DNA of 61,090 nt, the filler included. It is 8 parts of 8 records of this genome, joined end to end, with 100 filler letters (N's around TTAATTAATTAA, not from the genome) between each part and the next. Parts side by side here need not be neighbours in the genome. Positions count along the whole stretch, not along the records: positions 34,384 to 49,261 come from SRR15195285_40; 7 more parts are not named here. One strand, 5' to 3'. Position 1 is the first letter of the stretch; the number at the start of each line of letters is the position of its first letter. Positions 38,301 through 49,361 of this stretch are shown here, one piece after another. The position numbers and the translations under genes are program-made. The notes under the pieces are model-generated. The model was not told the DNA's origin. It saw only the letters and a list, made by a program, of their open reading frames with translations, and ran no database searches.

Positions 38301-41300
38301 TGGGGACCGTTGCAGAGTTTCAGCCGGAGCTAGTGGCCAAATTATTTGGAGGTGTCGATCTCGGGTCCGTGCAGTCGTTCCGTGCTGTGCGACTGCTGCG
38401 GGCCCTCCAGCTAGTGCGACTGGTTGGCGGACAAGGAGCATTAATTACCATCATGGGATGTATCTTCAAAGCCTGGCGACCGATTGTTCTTCATCTAGTG
38501 TTCTGCAGCTTTTTCATGGCGGTGTTTGCGATCACTGGAATGCATCTATTCGGAGGGGCACTTCGGGAGTGCGAGCAATCTCAATGCACGCTCGATGACT
38601 ACGAACGGGCACTTCCAGAGAATTTTGAAAGTTTTGGAGTTGGTATGCTGACTGTGTTTGAGTTAACTGTTGGATTGGATTGGTCACGATCTATGTACTG
38701 GTATACTGAACATGCGTCTCAGTCCATCGGCTATCCACAATGGATGGTCCAAGTTTTCTTCTTGATAATGGTGATTTGGATGAACTGCATTCTTTTCTCG
38801 ATGTTCTCAGCAATCTTAATCCACAACTTTGGACACCCAGAAGATAACCGATTCAATATGCAGAAACGAATTTATGGACGCCAGGAAAGACGGACAGCAC
38901 GGATGCTAAAACGACTTCGGGAAGCATTGGATCTCCGAAGTGCTGCGCACGAGGAAGAAAAGCTAGCAGAACACATCAGCCGTGCTGACATGGCATCGCT
39001 ACTTCAACACCACCACAAAAACAATGACGATGACGATATAAAGAACAGGTCACTGTATTGCTTCTCACTGAATAGCATTGTTCGCGACTGGTGTGCACAG
39101 AAGCTGGAGCAGCCCTCGTATCGGAGGAGGGTGATGCAAATGATCGTATTCTCGTGCATTGCGTTGGCTGTGGAGGGACGCGGTGAGCAAGGCATGGGTG
39201 CTGTTGCAGCTTCTGTGACATTCGTCAAAGACTTTGTGGGCTTCAGCTACTTCTCCGTCATCAACGTGCTGGTGTTCCTATTTTTCGTCGAAGAAGCCAT
39301 ACTGAAAATCATTACACACGGATTCATCTTAACATCTGGACCAACAAAGCCATACCTGCAGAAGAGGATGGATCAGCTGGACTTTTTCATCATCGTAGTG
39401 TGCTTCCTTTCCTTTCTTCCCTTCGATACATTTGCTGGACCATGGGTTAGAGCTCTGCGGGTCACTGCAGTAGCAAGACTAATTGGTCCACTACTAGACA
39501 AGACAGACGACCCACAGATATCGCTCGTGTTGATGTCATTCGGGCGCTCAATTCAGGATATTATGTTCGCGATGTTGCCGGTGGTAGTGATAGGACTCAT
39601 GTTTGCTATCGTTGGCGTCGCATGGTTTACTGGTACTCTCTCATACTGTGCAGCTCTACAAGATCCGTTGGCACCACTTCCGTCAGTGGATGCAGAGACA
39701 TGTGCTGCATACCATGAGCTGGCATTGAACACAAGTGCAGGCGCTATTTCCGATTCTGCCCCTGGATCCTGGAGCGCAACTGATTCTGAGTCAGAATCGG
39801 GATCTTGGGTGGATGATATCGTGCGCGCCCCTCTCGGCTTCAGTTGGGAGACGCCTGTGCTAACATTCGACGATTCTATTACTGGAATGGCATCACTCCT
39901 AGTCGCTGCTATAGACGGAAGTCATGAGTTCATGCTGAAAATGGCCGCGAGCTCTACGTCCTCATACTCGTACTGGGTCGTATTTCACCTCGTTTTCACT
40001 TGCTTCTTCGTCAATCTCTTTCTGTGCGTTCCTGTCGCTTCGTTTGCTGCAAACTCTGGCAGATCATTGATGACACTTGGCGAGCTTCAGAGGAGTGCTT
40101 CGGCACTGATGATTCAGAACTTCGAGCCAGGCAAAGTAGTTGGTGCTAACGTTGAGGAATTACGGCCACGGCGCGACTCTAAATGCTTGTGTTGCCAAAA
40201 AGCCCCGTCGTGGTGGTTTTCTCTGCGACAACTTGGGTTCAATATTGGGATCAACGATCGTTTGGAGTATATCTTTCAATTTATAACTCTAGCGAATGCC
40301 TTTGTACTGGCAACTGACACGTATCCAATCAACCAGTTCGAATTGCCTCATCGCGAGCTAGTCACCATTTTGAACATGCTGTTTCTGGTCATCGGTGCAG
40401 CCGAAGTTACACTGAAGCTCTTTGGATTCGGTCCAGCCGATATATTTGCTGATAAGTGGCTTGCGACAGACTTGCTGCTTGTGTACCTAGCAATAATTAT
40501 GGCCTTCGCGGGTGGGCGTAGTGGCATCGAGGTATTGCGGTGTATTCGCGTTGCTCGTATCTATGGAGTGGCAGTGCGTTTGCCAGGAATCGTCGCGCTG
40601 ATTGACATACTCATGGCAAGCATCAAAGCTAGCCTAGCTGTGATTGTTCTTGTGGCGCTCACAGTGTACATTTACAGCATTATGGGGATGTTCATGTTTG
40701 GTGGCTTGCCAACCAATGATAAGCTTCGTGCACTAGGCTTCACCGAGGAATCACCTGGATCTGGCTTTGACACCTTGCGCGAAACGGACGAGTTTTTTGC
40801 GACTGTGTGCCCTTCATGCAGCACCATAAGCCCATACACTAACTTTAACAACTTTGTCGCTTCCTCACAGTCACTGATACAAATGACATTTGGTCAGGGC
40901 ATCCGGGGATTTATCGAGGACCTGCAGTTCTTGGGATCGGGCTGGATGGGTACATACGCATATTTCGCGTCATTTTACATTGTTACAGTGTGGGTTTTCA
41001 TGAACATACTGGTCGCCACTGTGCTACGGAACTTCGACGCCGCCAATACATCTATGTCTGTTGGCAAGGAACCGATTGCCCCCTTTGATCTGGACGGGTT
41101 TGCGCACACCTGGGCTTCTTTATCCATAGGTGTTCAGCGCGCAAAGGCGCTGGAGCGCACTGGTGGCCTGCTACTGGGACATCTGCGTGGAGTCCTTGAA
41201 GAGGAGGAAGAAGGTCTTTCTGAAGGGATAGTTTCTGCCTGCTTTGAGGACGGCGCAGACGGTCAGACGGGTACCCTTTCTGTGACCGTCCTCAGTGTTA

Positions 41301-44300
41301 GTGGCCTCCGCGATCCTAAATCGACTCCATACTGCGCTGTCACGCTGCACAACAGGAACGTCGAGGGTCGCGATGCACAATGCACACGTACAGGAGCCAA
41401 CAAAAACGGGACTGCGAGCTTCCAGCCGAGGCAACCACCCCATGACCATCTACTCGGCGGTTTAGTGGATGGTCTTGGAGGCGTAGCGAAGGGTATTGGT
41501 GGCGTAGCAACGGGAGGCATTACAGGTGGTCTTGGCAATGTAGCGGGAGGTCTTGAAAGTCTTGGTGGGGGGCTCCTTGGGGCGATAGGCAACACGTTGC
41601 CTTTCAGCAGTGCGATTAAGCAGGACAACCACTTTCAATTCCATACGACAACATATACCACACACCTGACGTTTCAGTTGCACGAAGCATTCCAATTCGA
41701 AGATACGCTGCTCGGTGCATACAGCATTCCAATGAATAGTGCCGCTGGCCTCTCGCTGTTGCGGATGAGTTCAGCGGCAAGCAAGGAGGTTCAGTTGGAG
41801 CTGCTTATCAACGATGTTGGTAAAGTTGAAGCAGCTCTGGATGGCGAGGCAGACCGGTGGAAGCTATATAATACAGATATTACTGCCGTCGGTGACGTGG
41901 CTTCTGATGGAGAGGAAGGAGCTGACAGTGATTCTGGTGATGACGAGATCGTTGACCGTGAGGGCGCTGACGACGCCACCGACGATGACGACGAAGGTGT
42001 CGCCGTTTCTGGCAAGAAAAAAGCCAAGAAAACAGCGAAGCAGAAGGGGAAGTCGAAAAGGAATCTCAAAAACTTAGAACAGGAGCAAACATACGATCTA
42101 GAAGCAGCCTTGGCTGAAGCTGCCCCCACTGCAGACGCCATTCGTGAAGCCACGAAGGATGCTGCTGTCCATAGTGAAAAACTCGAGCAAGCACAAAAGG
42201 AAGCAGCAGCCCGACCGAACGACGCTCCCATCCCACGGCTCAGCAAGAAGCCCAAACTCGAATTTCCACCACGTGGCGAGTACCCATCTGATGATGAGGA
42301 CGAGCAGGACGACGAGGACGCTAATATCCCCAACCCATACGAAGGCTGGCAGCCCACTGGCATCAAACTTAAGGTGACCATTGAGTTCCTTCCTCTGGTG
42401 AACAACGTTCCGAAGACTCAGTGGCTGGGTGATCACGCCATTGCCTACCCAAGTATGCAAGCGACATGTGGAACAGAAGGCTGGCTGGAACTATCTGAGG
42501 CTGGCAACCCTTTCAAACGACGATACTGCTTTCTGCAGGCTTTCCCAGAGCCATGCTTCAAATTCTACCGAGATTGCAAAAGCGTAGCGGAGCTTGAACA
42601 GCGAAGCAAGCGCACCAAGCTGCGCGTGCAGAAAATTCTGGGTCAAAACATCATGAGCCTCAATGAGGGCCATGACTCAAAAACCTATGCTCGACGAAAC
42701 CAGTTCCATCACAACTTTCAGATGGAAGCCGAACAGGTTGTGGATGGTGGTGGTCTTGTCGAGCAACGTGTGGGTTTCTTGACCGGAGAGATCGTTGCAG
42801 CAGAGAACCTCACCGATTCACAGGCAGAGACTTGCACACTCTGCAAACGCCTATACTTTGAGGACCTCGACGACATCCATGATGACGATGATGACGAAGA
42901 GGACGATGGTGATGACGAAGAGGACGATGATGATGACGAGAACGCTGAGGATGCTGAAGAGGAAAACCGCATTGGGGCGAGCGGAATACCTCCTGAACTC
43001 ATCGTCGCGCAGTCATTTACAGTTGAGGACCGCCCTGACCAAACAAATATCAGACCCACACGCTATATGGCCGCAAGCCGTACGACCATTCGGCTGTCTC
43101 CCGATCCAAGAGCCACCAAAGTCGGCACGGTGGCGAAAGGGACTGTCGTCACTGTTGTTGCCCATAAGATTTTCGACGGTGTGAAGTTCTTGAGAACGAG
43201 TGATGGATGGATCGCCGGAAACAGTGAGCACCGGAATAACGTCCTCATGATTGCCGAAGACTCACAGGCGCACTACTTTCGAATTTTGAAAGAAGTCACA
43301 ATCGGCAAGGAGCTGTCGATAGCTGAGAATATTGATGCTGAGCCTGTGGGAACCTTGCCCAGAGGATGCGTAGTGGAGGTCATTTCGAGCAAGAAACACT
43401 TGTACCGTCCTGGAACAACCGCTGCCGATGCGCGGGAGGAGCGAGTGGCTCGCTCGGACGAATGTAAGTCGCTGAGTCTCCACGAGCTGAGGGAGCGTGC
43501 ACAGCAGATGGAGATTGACGATGATGATATTGCGGAGGCCCTCGACGATGAGAACCCCAAAGCAGAGCTGATAGAACTGATCCTCGATGCAGGTGATGTC
43601 AAAGGCGATGAGGTCGCAGTCATCAGGCATAAGGTAAAATGCGACTTAAGAGGTGTGCTGTACGGCGGTCCCAGTGGAAATTGTGATGGTTGGATCAGCG
43701 AATCTGATATTAACGGTAACATTACAACCGACACCTACTGCGTTGTTGAGACCGTGCCAGATATACCTGATAACACACCAAACACCCTGAGAGTGGCCAG
43801 ACGGGCTACTCAGAAGGCCCGATCACCTGTCATCGTGAACGACACGAATCCTGTTTGGCAAACCAAATTCGCTTTCAACGTGTACAACTCATGCTATACG
43901 ATCAGAGTATCTGTACGCGAGGAAGGCACGGACGAGGAGGTTGGGTCGGCGACGCTCATGCTTGGAATGGAAGCCGGCAAACGGTCTACAGATGGCATTC
44001 CTGGACCTATGCTGCAGACTCCTAGCGCAAAGAATGTCGAGCTGAGCATGGCAGACCTAACCGAACATCGTTTTCCCATTTCATCGTCCAAGGCCAATCA
44101 AGGCACGGTTGCCATCCGGCTGGGCTACGAGCAGCTGGTATCACATGACGACATATTCGAGAGTTACCAAGCTGCTCTTGCAGATGACAAGAGTGCAACT
44201 CTTGTGTCGTGCATGATGGTGCCCGATACGCGGCTGGTGAGGTTCCGGTTTCAGGCGCCAAATCCGACGATTCAGCGTGCATGGCTAGCAGCAATGAAGT

Positions 44301-45448
44301 GGGTCGCAAAGGGCTGCCCACGTGACGCTAAGCCGCGTGACGTCAAACTTCCTATCAATCTTCTCGCCACCTCTGACAGCAAGCGTGCAGAGCGGGATCT
44401 CAGCCTGGTCGACCTGCCATTTTCAAGAGTTGGACAACTACTACACGGGCTATATCTCCGCCGCGTAATGGGTCGGCGCAAGCCAACACTTCGACACGTG
44501 GCCTACACCGTTTTCCAGCTTGAAACACATTGTTTTGGTCCAGATAATCAAGACACTGCTCGAAAGCGAGGCATTCGAGGGGACGCAGATAAAGAAGGAG
44601 TATATCTGAGTGACCTGCGTGGTCTACGTTTCAATGCCACGTTGGAACGACTTATAATGACATACTATGGCAAGCGTCGCTGCTTGTCTTACCGCGACCA
44701 GGTGGAGGAATACGAGGTCGAAGCGCGCAGTATTGCATCTCAGATCATCCGTACCATGGTGTCACGTTGGGTGTTCAAGACGTGCGCTCGACTGGGCAAG
44801 ACTGTGGATGGACAGCCGTGGCCTTATCATCCATGTTGGCGCAACAACCCCGAGCTGTACGCTATCGCAGCAGACGCTGCCTGTGCTCAGCGAATGTACA
44901 CTCTCCGCAAACTGTGGTCCGAAGTGCAGCGCCAGTCTAAGCCAGAGTCTGGACTAGAGGAGAATGATCAGGTATCTGAGGCACTAGCGAGTGACAATGA
45001 TCCTATACCAGGGACTGGTGCTGACCCCTCGTTAGTTGAAAGTCTTCCTGTGGAGAACGGGGATGTGCCAGTAGACGACCTGGTTCACGAGACCCCAGAG
45101 ACGAGGAGGGAGCGTATCGGTGCTGCGTTTGCGCGCATCCGGGAGAGACATGATCTCACGGACGGCCCCGAAGACGAGCTTGAGGCTAGGCAGCTATTTG
45201 ATGTGCTGCCTCTGCTTAATGGTGTTGTGCTCACTCCTGACGACTTCAAGCTCATCGTCAACGCACTGGGGTGGTCGATGGACACAATTGTGTCGGTGGA
45301 CGAGCTCAGTAGAGCTTTCGAGACACTTGAAGTCCCTGCAGTTGACTTACTGCTTCACGACGACGATGAGAATCCTGACCTGGATAACTTTGACAACTTT
45401 GGTCTCGACCCACAGGAGGCGCTCCGAGCACTCGTGAACAAGCTGTAG
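35307..45448 (+). CDS. Four-domain voltage-gated cation channel alpha subunit (Nav/Cav superfamily), 3357 aa, with extra N-terminal TM helices and C2, PH, SH3b-like and EF-hand-like domains; exons 35307..35411 and 35480..45448
   Basis: Four 6TM repeats with S4 segments (GRVTRLARGIERFR, FRAVRLLRALQLVR, VRALRVTAVAR, LRCIRVARI), pore helices (DFDNVW, NFESF, TFDDS, NFNNF) and S6 ends (LNLFLSVV, MNILVATVLRNF). Phase-0 intron 35412..35479 (GTGCGC..GCAG) links an upstream ATG exon in frame. Confidence 0.93.
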
Positions 45449-46136
45449 TAGCGCCCACCTTCGCAAGTGCACATAGTAATGAGGGTGCCTCGATTACAAA
45501 TGAGCAATGCTAATTATGCATGGAACTGATGCACTACTAGTATGGCCGGGTCACGGGGCACGCGTATAGTAGTCCTTTTTAAGAACACAAACCACAACAA
45601 GTTTTTCGTTTACATGCCAGTCTTTTCCATTTAGCCATATAGGCTACACAAGCTCCTCAGCCGTCAGGGGTGCAGTAGTTTCGGCACAGTCCAGCTCAAT
45701 GCCCATGTCAGTATACCACTGATCCAGCAGTACTTGGTCACGGCCATGCTTGTCACCAGGATAGCTAGCCACCCACACCAGGTGTTGTGGGTTGCGTGCG
45801 ATCGCTTCCCACTCAGCCGCCACTGCGATCAATTCGCCATCGAGGGGCGATGCGAAGGTGTCTGAGGTTTCGCTAGACGATCAGTTTGTGGTGGTTTCCG
45901 CTTTTCTCAGCGGAAACCGCCACACGGCGCCAAGCTGCCTCCCTCGTGGCGCCAAGCTGCCACAAACGGCGATCGGGCGCGACCATGACGGCCGTGTCTG
46001 AAACAACTTGCAGCACAATCATGTATCTTCATGTATAATTATGGCGTGATGCTTGGAAGGTGGTTGTGCCAATTGGTCTTAAGTATTTTTGTTTGCTATC
46101 TACAAGCCTGTTCAGATCGATCCCGAAACACACAGT

Positions 46137-48802
46137 TCATATCGGCGGAAGTTCGAGCTGCTGTTTGCCAGCTGCACCCACCACCTTGTATTTGAGCGGG
46201 CTGTAATTTTGCAACGCTTCGTCACCACCGTTGTCATCACCCCTCACAGCTACTTTCTGCTGCCCAGAGTGTCCAATCTTTCGCCCCCTTCTCCCTCGAG
46301 TTTTGCTCTCTTTTGCCAAACCAGACCGGTTGCTGCCACAAAAACGAATGGGCAGCCCGAGCACGCTGGGATCTTTGTCGACTGGTCGCACTGGCACAAG
46401 AGACCGAGTTGAGGTGCGAGAACCTCCCATGGCCGCACCGAAGCCGGTACCATCTTCCAGCTTCTTCCGATTCGTGCGTGTAGTCTGCTCTCGGACTAAG
46501 CGCTGCTTCTCCAGATATTTGGAATCCTCCATCGTTCGTTGCACCCGCCGAGTGATGTTCTCGAACGCAAGCATTCGGCGAGGTTGGTTACTTGACATGA
46601 CATTGTCAAATTGCACGCCGCCGCCTGTCGCGATAGTGGTAGCCAAAGCAGCTGCCGCAGAATCTCTTGCTTCAGTTTGCACTAAAGTAGTAGCACCCTT
46701 GCCGGTTGGCTTCGTCGTTCGACGGATCCGGTCCCTGTATCTGTTCTCACGCGAGCCAATGTTGCGTCTAACACGAACGTCAGGCTCTGCCAGCTGTTCC
46801 GATGCCATCAGCGATGTGAAGTATCCTTGCAGCTGATTATCCGCACGTTGCCACCGTCGTTTCGCTCGGGGCCGAGGCAGGGCATCGACTGAGCTCCCAA
46901 GGACTCCACCTCCACCCGTGGTCGTTTGGGAGTTTCCGACTGTGCTGATGTCTACGCTAATGTTTGCTGCTCCTGCTGTACTTGCTGACGAGAGGTTCAG
47001 CGTAGACATGCTGCTACCACCATCGACCTCTCCACATTCGCTGGTGTGCCCAGGCAGCGCACGACGCCTGTTGACGTCAAGATACTGTTTCGTAACAGTC
47101 GGCGGGGGCTTGGCTGCCTCTGCTTCGACCCGCGCCAGCTGCCGCTTAAACTCTGCTTCCGCCTCTTCTTCATCTGAACTCTCAACCAGCCATTCAAATC
47201 CGTCCTTCATCGTCTCAGACATTGACCCGAAGCCACTGTCGTCCACGTCTGGTTGAGACGACGACGGCTGATGCTGGTTGTGGCGGTGTGCAGTGATCGT
47301 ATCCCCATCGTTGGTGCCAGAGTCCCTAGCCTCGGGAGCGAGATACCGGGCCGGGTTACCTGGATCAATCGGAACGCAGCTGCATGCAATGCAAGTGACA
47401 GCGAAAGGTGAGTTCACAGACGCTGCGGAAACACGCTAGTGGACAAAAGGCAGGAGTGCACGGATAGTCGTGATAGTTCTTACCATATTGGGCATTCGGG
47501 TATCCGCTCGAGACTATCTTTGAGGCATGTGCTGCAAAAAATGTGACCCTTTACGCATTGGCATGCTGGCGGCCGCAGCATCTCCTGACATATCCCACAC
47601 AGCTGTTGGGTCGGTTGTTGGCGACCAAGTAGCTGGCGTGTCATTTCATCGCGCTTGTTAGTCTCGGCAGCTGAGAAATTTCGATTTTCTCGTTGCTCTT
47701 TCTGTAGCTCACGTCGCCTTCGCTTTAGGCAATGCCAGGCCTCGCGTACCGCTACTCGACCACTGGCCGCAGCACCGAGCATCTGAGAGCCTGCTATAGG
47801 CAGGCTGCGGAAACTCTCTCGGTGCGTGGCAAGAATTCGATCAATTTTGACCAGGTCAGTCTCTGCTAGTGCCTGGGCCAGCAGCCGCACCTCGCCCTGG
47901 ACCAAGCGCTCGGCTACCGATACAACTCGGTTCTCATGTGCCGCTTGACCAGCGCCGTCGTCCTCTTCGTCTGATTCGCCCGCAGCATCGTCTTTTTCGT
48001 TACCCGCTTCATCTTCCACACTAGACCCCATACTGAGTTGCTGCGGAGCGCGCGCTGCGCTGAGATCGCCCAGGAACTTAGCCATTGCAGTCTGCGAGTG
48101 CCGCCGCGCGAGCACAGCTGCCGCACTCGTCTCTATTTCCAAACCCGCACCAAGAATTTTCTCGATATACAGGGTGTCTCCGATGCGGATTGCCTTAGCC
48201 ACCAGATTAGCGACCGCTTCCAGCCCATACCGCACCCCCACAACATCGCCTGCGTCCGCTGCGTTGTGGACCATGGCCAACAGTGCATCACGGGCCTCCC
48301 TGTCAAGCATGCACTCGAGATCTTCGCTTTTGCCGCGAGTTGCGTGCTCCGTGCGAAGCGCGGCGGACACCAGGGCTGCCGCAATTGTGGCTTTGCCATG
48401 TCTAGCGGCCAGCACGAACGGAGTGCAGCCACGTACATCTCGAGCGTTCAGCTCTGCACCGCGCTCAAGCAGCAGCGAGACCACGCCGACATTTCCTATC
48501 TGTGCAGCAAGGTGCAGCGCAGTCTGCCCGCTGGCATCCGTCTCCGCCAGCGATACCGGCCGCCAGGCAGGCAGGCGTGAGGACTCTTGCGCGCCGGCCG
48601 AGGATACGGCCACCACGCCCGCCTCTGCTTGCCTCTCCTCGAATCTTCCCTTTGAGCTACTGCCACCTAGAGAGCTGACGCGATCAGGCGATGACGCGCC
48701 GTACACATGCTGCCCGTGGCCATCGACACCTCGCACCGAGGGCAGCGCCTTGGTGAGCTCAGTCACATCGCCGAACCGCACAGCCCTAATCAGCACCGAC
48801 AT
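46137..48802 (-). CDS. Ankyrin-repeat and C3HC4 RING-finger protein (putative E3 ligase); exons 48802..47484 and 47379..46137
   Basis: GQTALHLAAQIGNVGVVSLLLERGAELNARDVRGCTPFVLAA. The RING CGIC..C..GHIFCSTC..CPI is completed to CPIC by the phase-2 intron 47380..47483 (GTAAGA..TGCAG). The exact 3' end is uncertain. Confidence 0.85.
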
Positions 48803-49163
48803 ACCACAGCACGCACCTCAGGCTCCAGCAAGCTTCGACACTTTCTACCGTATGTGTCTCTTACGGGCAGGCAGCAGCAGCCAGCAAACAAGCAAACAAG
48901 CAAACCAGCAAGCACACTCCAGCCCATACATCACCACCCAACCCAACAAGGTCCGCAACGAAGAAGACAGCACACAGGGTCTCACCTCCACAGCCGCGTG
49001 CCATGGATCGGGTCGACGCTCTCGCTCTCGGCCATGGGGACCCGCAAGCGAGTCACTCACACGCGACCCAGCAAACCAGGCGCAACTAACCGCAACTCTC
49101 CGTCTCCCATGCTCGGGCGAGCCGGCTGCTCAAGGGCGGTGTGGCGCCATAGACGCGGGGCGG

Positions 49164-49261
49164 CTCTATGCCAGCTCTATGCCAGCGGTATGACAGCTCT
49201 ATGCCAGCGGTATGACAGCGCTATGCCAGCTCTATGCCAGCGCTATGCCAGCGCTATGCCA
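49164..49261. repeat. 11-bp minisatellite, about 9 units, at the contig end
   Basis: ctctatgccag, cggtatgacag and cgctatgccag variants in tandem. Confidence 0.9.
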
Positions 49262-49361
49262 NNNNNNNNNNNNNNNNNNNNNNNNNNNNNNNNNNNNNNN
49301 NNNNNTTAATTAATTAANNNNNNNNNNNNNNNNNNNNNNNNNNNNNNNNNNNNNNNNNNNN
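49262..49361. other. Artificial contig spacer
   Basis: N44-TTAATTAATTAA-N44. Confidence 0.99.

Noticed and set aside
45644-46000. Short minus-strand ORF (IAVAAEWEAIARNPQ...) and nearby acceptor-like sites as extra ankyrin-RING exons
   Set aside because: I found no convincing donor linking them and no recognisable motif. Left unresolved without RNA data.
47380-47417. RanBP2-like zinc-finger half NSPFAVTCIAC at the start of ORF 46137..47417
   Set aside because: It lies inside the intron whose removal completes the RING finger.
48174-49193. Long antisense or overlapping ORFs (e.g. 339 aa here, also 10505..11344 and 54597..55721)
   Set aside because: Shadow frames typical of GC-rich coding DNA, with no domain motifs.
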